Shown: positions 23,177 through 33,134 of the stretch, one piece after another
Numbering within the stretch: the stretch's first letter is position 1
Layout of the letters: the number at the start of each line of letters is the position of its first letter
From: Alphaproteobacteria bacterium
GTDB lineage: Bacteria; Pseudomonadota; Alphaproteobacteria; UBA2966
Assembly (NCBI GenBank): GCA_964291395.2
Contig: OZ219856.1
Span: forward strand, 1,792,001-1,856,000
Direction of reading: 5' to 3'
Length of the DNA: 64,000 nt
The notes under the pieces: generated by a model
Seen by the model: the letters and a program-made list of their open reading frames with translations, nothing else
What the model was told of the DNA's origin: nothing
The model's database searches: none
Made by a program: the position numbers and the translations under genes

Positions 23177-24154
23177 TCATGTGTTGAGTACTGATTCGTG
23201 AAATAGGTCCTCGACCGGAATGGGTTTTTCGATCAGACCTTGGTCAACCATGTACTCGATAAATATCTCGATATTGCGACGATTCGCTGCCACGCCGGAC
23301 GGAAACAAGTCCGCGCCCAACCTGTCGCGCTGCCATTCGTACTCATTGCGAGCAAACACGAGCAACGAATAACCCGGGTCCTCGTAATATTCCTGAGTCT
23401 TACGCTTCGCTGCTTCCCACAGATCGATCATGACGGCGGCGAGGACGGGCTCGTTCTCCACGAGTTCGCGGCGAAAAACCAATAGGTGCATGATCGGACA
23501 ATAGCCGTATTTGTCGTAGTAACGCAGCGACTCTTGGCGAGAATCGCTGAACAGGCGGCGAACACGATCAGGTCGATCGAGGACGGCTGACGGGGGGTGC
23601 GGATGAAAGATGGCGTCGAGCGACCCATCGACCAGCATTTGCCCGGCGTCTTGACCTTCCGGGATATTCTCGATCGACACTCCCTCACCTTCCCACGGGA
23701 GTTCCTCGTAGTACTGCACACACCAGTTCACATCTTGCCAAGGCAAGTCGTACTCGCTTTTGAGATCGCCTTTTGCCAGAACGCACAGCGTCGTTTGGAA
23801 GGACCAAACACCGACCTTCTTGCCGATCAGGTCCATGGGCTTCTCAATTCCTGAATCAACGTTCACGAATATGCCGTTTTGACTGAAGAGCCGCCTGGGA
23901 AAAACGGGTGTGGCAATGAATTCATCCGACTGGCTCCTCGACATGATGAACGACGAGAGCGATTGCTCGCAGACGTCGAATTCGCGATCGTGGAACATAC
24001 GGCCATGCCGATTGGTGCCGTCCCGTCGGCCCGCGTCGGTTCCCATGCCCACTTCTAGCGGCCGCAGCTCGAAGCCCTCCGGTGGAGTCACAGAATCCAT
24101 ATGGAAGGGAATATGTCGGTCGTACCTTTCGAGCGCGATGGTCAGGCTACGCAT
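23177..24154 (-). CDS. 4,5-dihydroxyphthalate decarboxylase-like (periplasmic binding protein fold)
   Basis: LTIALERYDRH, EFDVCEQSLSS, PVFPRRLF, PIMHL, YMVDQGLI. Confidence 0.8.
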   Translation of the reverse strand: MRSLTIALERYDRHIPFHMDSVTPPEGFELRPLEVGMGTDAGRRDGTNRHGRMFHDREFDVCEQSLSSFIMSRSQSDEFIATPVFPRRLFSQNGIFVNVDSGIEKPMDLIGKKVGVWSFQTTLCVLAKGDLKSEYDLPWQDVNWCVQYYEELPWEGEGVSIENIPEGQDAGQMLVDGSLDAIFHPHPPSAVLDRPDRVRRLFSDSRQESLRYYDKYGYCPIMHLLVFRRELVENEPVLAAVMIDLWEAAKRKTQEYYEDPGYSLLVFARNEYEWQRDRLGADLFPSGVAANRRNIEIFIEYMVDQGLIEKPIPVEDLFHESVLNT

Positions 24155-24279
24155 ATCATCCTCGAAACTTTGTTGATGAACGGGGCGGTGCGTGACGCCA
24201 TTACACCGCACGAGCTAAGGTGGCTGCAGTGGACGTTCTCTGAAAATGTACAATGGGAAATTCCCGGGAGGCGAGTACC

Positions 24280-25326
24280 ATGTTCTTGCGAAACTATTGG
24301 TACGTCGCGGCTTGGTCTAGAGAGATCACCCGCGAGCCATTTGGTCGCATCATTCTTGACAAGCCCGTAGTCATGTTTCGCCGGGAGGACGGAACACCGG
24401 TGGCCTTAGAAGACCGCTGCATTCATCGGCGCCTTCCGTTGTCGATGGGCAAGTTGATCGGAGACAACATCCAATGTCACTACCACGGCCTTGAATTCGA
24501 TGGCTCGGGCATATGCGTCCGAATTCCCGGCCAGGAGAGAATTCCACCCACTGCAAGGGTGAAGAGCTATCCGGTAGTCGACCGCCACACCTGTATCTGG
24601 ATCTGGATGGGCGATCCGGAGAAGGCAGATGAATCGCTGATCACTGACTTCAGTGTGCTAACGCGGGAGGGTTGGACATTCACTGGGGATTACACGCATA
24701 CGCCAGCGAACTATCTGCTCATCGTCGACAATTTGCTGGATCTCTCGCATCTAGCTACGGTCCACAACTCGACGGTCGGAACGCAGCATGTCGCGGACCT
24801 TGCGGAGGTCGAGACCAAGCGCAATGGTAACAATGTGCTCGTCGAACGCTGGACCCTGGACGTGCCTCCAGCCCGCACATACCGTGAGTTTGGCAAATTC
24901 GAAGGCAATGTCGACCGTTGGCAGAAGTCGGAGTTCTCGCCCCCATCATTCTTCCGCATCCACAACGGGGCCGCTTCTACGGGCACCGGGGCGCGCGAGG
25001 GCAAGGGTGGGAATCATTGGAGCTTCAGGGTTTGCCACGGCATCACTCCCGAAACCGAGACAACTACGAATTATTTCTGGGTCGTCGCACACGAGCTCTG
25101 GGTGGACGATGCCGAGGCGATCGCCGAGTTTCACCGTCAGGTCCATCAGGTCATTAGCGAGGATGTAGCCGTGTTCAGCGAACAACAACGGAGCATCAAT
25201 CTCGACCCGTCGGCACCGACGCTAGACATCCGCTATGATGCCGGTCCAAATTTGGCACGGCAGATCGTCGACGATTTGCTCAAGGAAGAGGCAGCACAGA
25301 TGGTGTCTGGCACGCAAGCCGTGTAG
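24280..25326 (+). CDS. Rieske monooxygenase, VanA-like O/N-demethylase family
   Basis: MFLRNYWYVAAW, DRCIHR..CHYHG, DNLLDLSHLATVH, EDVAV. Confidence 0.92.
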   Translation: MFLRNYWYVAAWSREITREPFGRIILDKPVVMFRREDGTPVALEDRCIHRRLPLSMGKLIGDNIQCHYHGLEFDGSGICVRIPGQERIPPTARVKSYPVVDRHTCIWIWMGDPEKADESLITDFSVLTREGWTFTGDYTHTPANYLLIVDNLLDLSHLATVHNSTVGTQHVADLAEVETKRNGNNVLVERWTLDVPPARTYREFGKFEGNVDRWQKSEFSPPSFFRIHNGAASTGTGAREGKGGNHWSFRVCHGITPETETTTNYFWVVAHELWVDDAEAIAEFHRQVHQVISEDVAVFSEQQRSINLDPSAPTLDIRYDAGPNLARQIVDDLLKEEAAQMVSGTQAV

Positions 25327-25357
25327 CGACTTTTCGCCGACAGCCGAGCGCAGCCAA

Positions 25358-27319
25358 ATGGTTGAAGTCGTCTGGCATCCCGACGAAGAAGTCGTCGTGA
25401 ACTCCAATCTCGCAAAATTCATGAACGTCCACGGCGTGGACGACTATGCGGCACTGCGGTCGCGGGCTCTGCAGGATCCCGCCTGGTATTGGTCCGCCGT
25501 CATCCAGCATTTCTCCATCGAATTTTACGAACCCTACGACCAGGTGATGGACAATTCAGATGGAAAGGCCCGGACAAAATGGTGTGTAGGCGGCGTCACC
25601 AACTTGGTCCTCAACTGCTTGGACATTCAGGGCGACGAAGATCGGGAAGTCATCGTTTGGGAGGGCGAGACAGGCGAAACGTGTTCTTGGACGGTTCGAG
25701 ACCTACGGAACGAAGTCTCCGACCTTGCCGAAGGATTGCGCTCTCTCGGCGTAGGCAGGGGAGATCGAGTGGGTATCTTCATGCCGATGCTACCCGAAAC
25801 CGCGGTCGCGTTTTTTGCCATCATCAAGATCGGCGCCATCGTCGTTCCGTTGTTCTCTGGCTTCGGTCCCGACGCCATCCGCTCTCGTCTCGTCGACAGC
25901 GGCGCGGTGTCCGTGATCACGGCCGATGGCACGCCTCGGCGGGGCCGCACGATTGCCTTGAAGAGCACGCTGGATAAGGCAATCGCCTCCATCCCTTCGC
26001 TACAGCATGTGATCGTCCTTAAACGTCTCAATATTGGGGTCGCCTGGCATCCGGGTCGCGATCATTGGTGGCACGACATAGCGACGGGTGACCATGGGGA
26101 ATCGCCGACCGAGAGGATGGAAGCCGACGCCCCCTTCATGCTGGCTTACACATCCGGGACGACGGGCAAACCGAAAGGCACCGTTCACACTCATTGCGGC
26201 TTCCTGACGATGATGGCGGCAGATTTCGGGCTCTGCATGGATTTCAAACCCGATGATCGGTTCCTCTGGCTCTCCGATATGGGCTGGTTGGTAGGGCCGA
26301 TCACGGTCGTGGTGTCCACATTCTTGGGCGGAACGGTCATCATGGCGGAGGGTGTCCCCGATTATCCCGATCAAGGCCGGCTGTGGCGATTGATCGAAGA
26401 ACATCGCGTCAGTTACCTCGGTGTCTCGCCGTCACTGGTTCGCGGCATGATGAAATACGGTCTGGAGGGGGTGGGCGAGCGTAAGTTCACCGATTTGCGC
26501 ATCACGGTCTCCGGTGGCGATCCTTGGACGACCGATGCGTGGCTCTGGTTCTTCAACCATATATGCAACCAGCGGGTTCCCATCCTGAACAACAACGGCG
26601 GCACTGAATTCGGCGGACCCGTCATCACGGCCACTGTTCTACATCCGTTGAAACCGAACACGGTGGGCGAACCCATGCCGGGTATCGATGCCGACGTCGT
26701 AGACGAATTCGGCGATCCGGTTGCGCCGGGTGAACTTGGGGAATTCGTCGTGCGGCAGCCGCTGATTGGCATGACCCGGGGCCTGTGGAACGATTTCGAG
26801 CGGTACATGAATACTTATTGGAACGTCATTCCCGGTCTCTGGGTGCACGGTGACTGGGCCTCCATCGACGAGGATGGTCACTGGTTCATCCATGGAAGAT
26901 CCGACGATACCATCAAGCTCTCTGGCAAGCGTACGGGCCCGGCGGAAATCGAGACGCTACTAATCGAGTCGACCAGAGTCATGGACGCCGCCGCCATCGG
27001 CATCCCAGATCCCGTCAAGGGTCAGGCACTAATTTGCGCTTGCGTGCCTGCGACGGATGTGAACCCTGACGGTGAGCTTGCTGAGCAGCTGGCTCGTGCG
27101 GTGGTTGAAGGTCTGGGGCATGCATACCGACCTCAGGAAGTAATCTTCGTCTCTCAGCTGCCGAAGACCCAATCCATGAAGACCATGCGGCGTGTCGTGC
27201 GCGCGGTGTATACGGGTGACGACCCCGGCGATCTCAGTGCACTGGTAAATCCGGATGCCGTTGCGGAGTTGCGGGAACTCCTATCGGAGGTAAGCGCAGA
27301 GCCCAAAACCCGGCCATGA
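25358..27319 (+). CDS. AMP-dependent acyl-CoA synthetase (Acs-like)
   Basis: YTSGTTGKPKG, WLSDMGW, GGTE, WVHGD, GRSDD, PKT. Confidence 0.92.
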   Translation: MVEVVWHPDEEVVVNSNLAKFMNVHGVDDYAALRSRALQDPAWYWSAVIQHFSIEFYEPYDQVMDNSDGKARTKWCVGGVTNLVLNCLDIQGDEDREVIVWEGETGETCSWTVRDLRNEVSDLAEGLRSLGVGRGDRVGIFMPMLPETAVAFFAIIKIGAIVVPLFSGFGPDAIRSRLVDSGAVSVITADGTPRRGRTIALKSTLDKAIASIPSLQHVIVLKRLNIGVAWHPGRDHWWHDIATGDHGESPTERMEADAPFMLAYTSGTTGKPKGTVHTHCGFLTMMAADFGLCMDFKPDDRFLWLSDMGWLVGPITVVVSTFLGGTVIMAEGVPDYPDQGRLWRLIEEHRVSYLGVSPSLVRGMMKYGLEGVGERKFTDLRITVSGGDPWTTDAWLWFFNHICNQRVPILNNNGGTEFGGPVITATVLHPLKPNTVGEPMPGIDADVVDEFGDPVAPGELGEFVVRQPLIGMTRGLWNDFERYMNTYWNVIPGLWVHGDWASIDEDGHWFIHGRSDDTIKLSGKRTGPAEIETLLIESTRVMDAAAIGIPDPVKGQALICACVPATDVNPDGELAEQLARAVVEGLGHAYRPQEVIFVSQLPKTQSMKTMRRVVRAVYTGDDPGDLSALVNPDAVAELRELLSEVSAEPKTRP

Positions 27320-27474
27320 AAGCCTGGGTGCTGCGAGAGACCAGAGGCTTCGACGGTCTCCATCTGGTTGATCTCCCGGAGCCCGAACGGCGACCTAGAG
27401 AACTGCTGGTGCAGGTCACCGCCTCCGCGCTGAACTATCGCGACACACTTCTCCTGAAAGGCGGATACGGGTCT

Positions 27475-28583
27475 TAGAGCATTTTCGATCTTATAGAATC
27501 TTTAAAATTTCCAACTGCTTGGATTTGTGATTCAAGATGTGGGCTGGTGAAGGAGGCCAGCCTGCATGACACGATCTCTTTCGCATGATCTACGTCGGCG
27601 GGTGGTGACGGCGGTTGTTGATGGCGGCATGTCTCGCCGGGGCGCGGCAAGGCGTTTCGGCATCGCGCCGTCGACGGCGATCAAGTGGGTCGACGCCTGG
27701 CATCGTACTGGGAGCTATCGTCCGGAGGCGCAAGGCGGCGACAGGCGCTCACAGCGGATCGAGGCCCGTGCCGAGGTGGTGTTCGCACTGGTGGACGAGA
27801 CCCCGGACATGACGCTGGCGGAGATCGCCGCCCACCTGGAAGACGAGCACGGTCTGCAGGTCTCCCAGAGCACCGTGTGGCGCTTCTTTCACCGCCGCGG
27901 CATCACCTTCAAAAACGGCGCACGCCAGCGAGCAGCAGCACCCTGACGTGCTGCGACGAAGACGCGCCTGGGTCAAAGACCAGCCCGACCTCGAGCCTGA
28001 GAAGCTCATCTTCGTCGATGAGACAGGGGCGTCCACCAAGATGGCGAGGCGCTCGGGTCGGGCGCTGCGTGGGCATCGCTGCAGGGCGCCGGTGCCTCAT
28101 GCCCATGAAGAGATAGTTCTTGCGGCCGAGCGCTGCAGGGCGCCGGTGCCTCATGGGCACTGGAAGACCACAACCTTCGTCGACGCACTGAGGCTGAGCG
28201 GAATGACCGCTCCCATGGTGCTCGACGGCGCCATGCATAACGCCGCTTTCCTCGCCTACGTCGAACAGCTGCTGGTGCCCTCGCTCAAGCCCGGCGACAT
28301 CGTGGTGATGGACAACCTCCCGGCCCACCGTAGCGCCGCCGTGCGCGACGCCATCCGCAAGGCCGGAGCCAAGCTGCGCTTCCTGCCGCCATACTCACCC
28401 GACTTCAACCCGATCGAGATGGCCTTCTCCAAGCTCAAGGCCTATCTCAAGCGCCGCGCCGCTCGCTCCGTCGACGAACTCTGGGACGCCATCGGTGAAG
28501 CCACGGACAACTTCTCGCCAGCCGAGTGCCAAAACTACTTCGCTGCCGCAGGATATGACCGTGTCTGATCGGATAGTGCTCTA
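27475..28583 (+). mobile_element. IS630 family insertion sequence (probably defective)
   Basis: Imperfect terminal inverted repeats TAGAGCATTTTCGATC and GATCGGATAGTGCTCTA, bounded by TA. HTH ORF at 27566-27946 and DDE ORF ending at 28568 ([25 protein letters not shown]), out of frame at TTCAAAAAC. Confidence 0.93.
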
Positions 28584-28629
28584 GCAGAAGAGAGCAAACC
28601 TCATTCCCGGCGGCGATGGGGCGGGCCGA

Positions 28630-28768
28630 GTCGCGCTTAGCCCCAGGGTAACCCAATTTGCCGTGGAGGATCGTGTCATCGGCAATCTCTATCAGAAGTC
28701 GTCGCGCTTAGCCCCAGGGTAACCCAATTTGCCGTGGAGGATCGTGTCATCGGCAATCTCTATCAGAA
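28630..28768. repeat. Exact 68-bp tandem duplication with a 3-bp spacer
   Basis: GTCGCGCTTAG...CTATCAGAA at 28630-28697 and at 28701-28768. Confidence 0.95.
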
Positions 28769-29028
28769 TTGGGTACCGGGACGGCCGACCGAGGAATTGC
28801 TACGAGTTGTCATTGGCGCGCGTGGTCCTGCACAACGTCCGTTTGGAGAGTGTCACCGTGGGCAACCGCGAGGGTCTGGAAACAATGATTCGCGCCATCG
28901 CCTCCGGTTAGCTCAGGCCGGCGGTGGACCGGGTCTACCCGTTCGAGGAAATCAGGGCGCGTCGAACGCTTAGGCGCGCCGGACCTCTTTGGCAAGGTCT
29001 TGCATCAGCGTCTGACGCGGGCTGCACT

Positions 29029-30477
29029 CTACTCCGCTGCAAGATCCTCAAGGGCTTCGTGGGCGAAGGCTCCGAGGCGAGCTGGAACATACTGCCCGTC
29101 ACCGTCTCCACCGACGTAGAGCCCGTCCTTGAGGATCACCTTACCGCGCAACATCGTCAGGGCCGGGCGCCCGACCAGTGATTGCCCCATGTAGATCGAG
29201 ATGCGCGGCTCGAAGCCGTGATAGAATTTCTCGTCAACGACGTGTTCAGTAGTGTCGTCAACTATCACGATATCGGCATCAGCCCCTGCTTGGATGGCGC
29301 CTTTTCGCGGATACAGCCCAAACAACCGAGCGGCATTTTCTGAACACAAGCGCGCTACATCCTGAACGCTGATGCGTCCCGTCCGCACGCCGTGGGTCCA
29401 CAACACCGGGAGCCAGTGCTCCTGGACGTTGCTGATGCCTGGCGGGATGTCCCAGATCGTGCCGTGCTTGGGCAGCCCGTGGGTCTTCTCTTCCAAGGAA
29501 TAGCAACAGTGATCGGTTGCGATCGTGTCTATGGTACCGGTGTGGAGTCCGCGCCAGACGGCGTCGATTTCCCTCCGCTCCCTGAGCGGGGGTACGAATT
29601 TGCCCCAGATCCCGACCTCATCGTCCTGGTCATTGCTAACGGTCAGCGTGTGGATGACGGCCTCTGACGCCAACCTTGCCCCTAAATCCTTATATTTGCG
29701 AACGGTCTGCACGCTCTCATTCGTGCTCAGATGAACGAAGTAGAGAGGGCCATTGGTTTCGAGAGCCAATCGTGCGGCCATCTCGATGCGAACTGCCTCC
29801 GTGAAAGGTGGCCGCGCTTCTGCCCAACCCTTCAGGCCATCGTTGCCCTTGGCGCGTTCCCGATCGATAAGCACCGAATAGAGTTCACAATCCTCCGCAT
29901 GGCACATAGCAATCGCCGGGGCGCCCAGATCACGGATACGCTCCAGGGATCGGAACAAATATCCTTCGTTAACGTCGGAGAGGCCTTCCCAATATCCCTC
30001 GCCGTCCTTGAACGCGGTAAAGAAGTGCTTGAATGAGGCGACTCCCCTGTCGAACACTGCCGCCATGTCGTCTTGATGCTCTTCCGTGAAGATGATGAGC
30101 GTGAAAGCGAAATCGATCGGTGAGCGTTCGTTCCCCCAGCCGATCAGCTCCTCGATCACCGGCCGGTAAGAGTCGTTCGACTGCAGCATCGGCAAAACGG
30201 TTGTGACCCCGCCGTATGCGGCGCCGACGGCATCCGCCTTCCAATCGCGCTTGCAGTTCTCGACGAAATTCGGCTGACACATGAGCCCGTAATGGACGTG
30301 CGGATCGACGAGGCCGGGAAGCACGAAGCGGTCCTCGGCGTCGATCACCTCGCGGCTCTCGGGCATGAGGAAGCGCGGCCCTACCAACTCGATGCGGCCA
30401 CCGTCTATGGCGATGCAGCCATACGTGATGTCACGCGGTGTGACGATCTTGGCGTTGATGATGACAGTATCGATCAT
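29029..30477 (-). CDS. Cyclic amidohydrolase (dihydroorotase/allantoinase/hydantoinase family)
   Basis: PGLVDPHVH, GGVTT, SFKHF, CHAED, VHLS, ATDHC, RKGAIQAGADAD. Confidence 0.9.
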   Translation of the reverse strand: MIDTVIINAKIVTPRDITYGCIAIDGGRIELVGPRFLMPESREVIDAEDRFVLPGLVDPHVHYGLMCQPNFVENCKRDWKADAVGAAYGGVTTVLPMLQSNDSYRPVIEELIGWGNERSPIDFAFTLIIFTEEHQDDMAAVFDRGVASFKHFFTAFKDGEGYWEGLSDVNEGYLFRSLERIRDLGAPAIAMCHAEDCELYSVLIDRERAKGNDGLKGWAEARPPFTEAVRIEMAARLALETNGPLYFVHLSTNESVQTVRKYKDLGARLASEAVIHTLTVSNDQDDEVGIWGKFVPPLRERREIDAVWRGLHTGTIDTIATDHCCYSLEEKTHGLPKHGTIWDIPPGISNVQEHWLPVLWTHGVRTGRISVQDVARLCSENAARLFGLYPRKGAIQAGADADIVIVDDTTEHVVDEKFYHGFEPRISIYMGQSLVGRPALTMLRGKVILKDGLYVGGDGDGQYVPARLGAFAHEALEDLAAE

Positions 30478-30569
30478 TACCTTTCCTTTTCGTCCGTGAC
30501 TGCCTCGAATAGCACTGGGGCCATGACCGGTGAGCATTCACCGCCTGGCGCACGGTCCCCATTTAGGCG

Positions 30570-31943
30570 TCATGATGGTGATATCCCAGACCTACGAGGG
30601 CCTTCCGACTCCTCCGCGACGACCCGTCTGGCCTTGAGCGCAGCCCGGGGAAAGCTACCTGAGGCGACGACCTGCACCGGAATGCGGACGCCCGTGACGG
30701 CCTTCACTTTCTCCTCCGCGGCTCTCCGTAGCCCCGCCGTTCTATCGTCCGAGCCCGTTTCGGCGAGATCGGCATCGCGTTCCACTTCGATGCGCACATC
30801 GTCGAATGGTCCGTTCTTTCGGGTGTAGACGCGGAATTCGGTTCCGGTACCGGGAGTGTCCCGAAGGGCCTGTTCGATGGCAGAGGGATATAGATTGACG
30901 CCACGAACGATGAGCATGTCGTCGAGGCGGCCAAGGACCCCTTGCGGCAACCGCGGATAGGTCCGCCCACAGGAGCAAGGATCGTCGGTCATGATCGTTT
31001 CGTCGCCTGGCCAATAACGGATCATCGGCTGGGACTCCCGCCATAGGCTCGTGTAGACGATGGCGCCCCGCTCACCCATGGGAACGAGCGCATGGGGGTC
31101 GTCCTTCGCCACGACTTCCGTGTATACGACGTCCGAATAAACGTGCATGCCCCGCCGGGCTTCGCATTCCATGTTGGAAGGCGGGTGCACCTCGGCACTG
31201 TTGCCGAAGTCGATCGCGTTCATGCCCCAACCGTCCTCGAGACGTCGCTTGATCTCGGGCAGTCCGGCACCCGGTTCTCCGCCAAAGATACCAATGCGAA
31301 ACGGCGAAGACGGCGTGTCGCGGCCCGCCTGTCGGGCCGCTTCCAGAAGATGCAAGCAATAGGAGGGTGTCGCGCATATGACCGACGACTCCAGATGATA
31401 CATGAGGTCGACGTGGCGCCGCGTTTCCCCTCCTCCGATAGGAAGGATGGTTGCCCCAAGTCGTTGCGCGCCGCCGAGCAGCCCCCATCCGCCGACAAAC
31501 AGGCTCATGGGAAACGCCAGTTGGACGATATCGTCGGGACGCACGCCGGCGCCCCACAACAGCATCGCCGCTACGTCGGAGCACATGTCCCAGTCCTTGC
31601 GGGAAAATCCGAAGACCGTGGGCAATCCCGTGGTTCCCGATGTCCCCTGGACGTGAAATATGTCGGCCGGGTCGATGCCGAGGAAATCGCCGAAAGGAGG
31701 ATGTCGGGCCTGGGACTCTCGTAGCATCTCCTTAGTGACGATGGGGATCTTCTCAGTGAAGTCTTCCAGATGACGAATGTCGTCGGGCTTGACGCCGTGC
31801 CGATCATAGAGTTCCCGGTAAAAGGGAATCCCTGGATAGACGTACTCAAGCTGATGTTTCAGCTTCTCGAAGATGAACCGCCGCCGCTTACCGGACGGCA
31901 TGGTCTCGCGCTCTTCGTTCCAATAGCGCTTGAATTCGGACAT
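30570..31943 (-). CDS. Phenylacetate--CoA ligase family protein
   Basis: TSGTTGLP, ATPSY, GGEPG, PMIRYWPGD, GRLDDMLIVRGVNLYP. Confidence 0.9.
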   Translation of the reverse strand: MSEFKRYWNEERETMPSGKRRRFIFEKLKHQLEYVYPGIPFYRELYDRHGVKPDDIRHLEDFTEKIPIVTKEMLRESQARHPPFGDFLGIDPADIFHVQGTSGTTGLPTVFGFSRKDWDMCSDVAAMLLWGAGVRPDDIVQLAFPMSLFVGGWGLLGGAQRLGATILPIGGGETRRHVDLMYHLESSVICATPSYCLHLLEAARQAGRDTPSSPFRIGIFGGEPGAGLPEIKRRLEDGWGMNAIDFGNSAEVHPPSNMECEARRGMHVYSDVVYTEVVAKDDPHALVPMGERGAIVYTSLWRESQPMIRYWPGDETIMTDDPCSCGRTYPRLPQGVLGRLDDMLIVRGVNLYPSAIEQALRDTPGTGTEFRVYTRKNGPFDDVRIEVERDADLAETGSDDRTAGLRRAAEEKVKAVTGVRIPVQVVASGSFPRAALKARRVVAEESEGPRRSGISPS

Positions 31944-32029
31944 CTCGTAGAGCCATGCCGGGATCTATCGCGTGCAGGGCGAGAACCACGCCAAGTCCTC
32001 GCCCTGCACGCGAGTATCTTCCTGCGCGA

Positions 32030-33079
32030 CTATTTCATGGACTTGATGCTAGACAGCGGCGGGTGATCGCCGTCCGCGATCTCCGTCTGGGCGCGTGTCA
32101 AGTAGCTCATATCGACGAGCGATGCCACGTCCACCTTCTTGTCCATGAGCTTGTGCTCGACTTGGAAGTCCATCACCGCCTGGGCGTCTCTCACGTCCCG
32201 TTCCGAGATCGTCAGATCGATGATCTTGATGTCTTCAATCGACGCCTTGAGCCAGCGGTCGTTGTTCATGGACACATCAAGCAAGTCGGCCGGCAGTCGC
32301 GAGGTCTCGGCGAACCACTCCATGGCTTCCGTCCTGTTGTTGGAGACCCACCAGTACGCCATTATCCAGGACTTAAGAAATCGCACCACGCCGTCCTCGC
32401 CGTACGTGTCGATGAATTCCTGGGAGATACCCTGCCAGCCTTGGCCCTCGCCCGGCTTGGACAGATATATCGGCACGCCGATCTTCGATCGGCGCAGCTT
32501 TTCCATCACGGGATCCCAGGTGACAATTGCATCAACCGCCGCGCTCTGAAGCGACGGGACCTGTTCCGCGACGTCGAGATTGATGATGGTGATCTCCTTG
32601 AAGGGCTCCTTGACACCAGCCTGGACCAGCTTGCGGACCGTCCTCGGAAACACGGTGGTTCCAAAGGGACCCCCGAGCTTGAGACCACGTAGATCGCCGA
32701 GGGACTTGCCGTCGTGCTTCGGCAGAGCGACGACGCCCCAACGCCAATCGTGGGTGCGGTGAAGCACCTTGCCCGGTTTTCGCGCTAGGCCACGCAGCAC
32801 CGGCGCGTCGGCGCCGATCACCGTATCGATCTTTCCGGCGACGTAGCCCTCGCCGAGCGGCCCGCCGTAAGTGAAGGTCGCGAAGTCGGCTTCGATTCCG
32901 TTGAGTTCCAGAATGTTGGTGTGACGCAGGGTTTCGTATAGTTCGCCCACGGTTGCCCACAACGATTGGTAGCCGATCGTCATCTTTACCTTTTCGGCCG
33001 TCGCCGGGCCGCTGAAGCCCAGCATCACCAGGCCGAGCAACGCCCCGCCGGTGATCTTGCATAACCGTCTGCTAGTCAT
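32030..33079 (-). CDS. ABC transporter substrate-binding protein (SsuA/TauA/NitT type)
   Basis: Signal peptide, FTYGGPLGE, DLRGLKLG, DAIVTWDP; in an operon with the permease and ATPase. Confidence 0.88.
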   Translation of the reverse strand: MTSRRLCKITGGALLGLVMLGFSGPATAEKVKMTIGYQSLWATVGELYETLRHTNILELNGIEADFATFTYGGPLGEGYVAGKIDTVIGADAPVLRGLARKPGKVLHRTHDWRWGVVALPKHDGKSLGDLRGLKLGGPFGTTVFPRTVRKLVQAGVKEPFKEITIINLDVAEQVPSLQSAAVDAIVTWDPVMEKLRRSKIGVPIYLSKPGEGQGWQGISQEFIDTYGEDGVVRFLKSWIMAYWWVSNNRTEAMEWFAETSRLPADLLDVSMNNDRWLKASIEDIKIIDLTISERDVRDAQAVMDFQVEHKLMDKKVDVASLVDMSYLTRAQTEIADGDHPPLSSIKSMK

Positions 33080-33134
33080 CTCCGTCCTCCTTGGCGATTG
33101 TCGTCGCGCCCGCAGTCACGGACGCCCGTCGGGC

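Larger units (their letters stand above)
27316..28990 (+). pseudogene. Zn-type (MDR) NAD(P)-dependent alcohol dehydrogenase pseudogene interrupted by IS630
   Basis: N-terminus MKAWVLRETRGFDGL...ASALNYRDTL..GGY ends at the IS. The gene resumes after it (NLIPGGDGAG, VTQFAVEDRVIG..QNW), then jumps to the C-terminus (VRLESVTVGNRE...*LRPAVDRVYPFEE) with a stop, a duplication and a large central deletion. The 3' end is approximate. Confidence 0.8.

Noticed and set aside
28077-28155. Repeat-spacer-repeat (25/29/25 bp) resembling a minimal CRISPR array
   Set aside because: Only two repeats, the repeat is part of the IS630 transposase coding sequence, and there are no cas genes or leader.
28905-28915. 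In-frame TAG in the ADH remnant as possible recoding
   Set aside because: The gene has several other lesions (IS insertion, deletion, duplication), so this is ordinary pseudogenisation.
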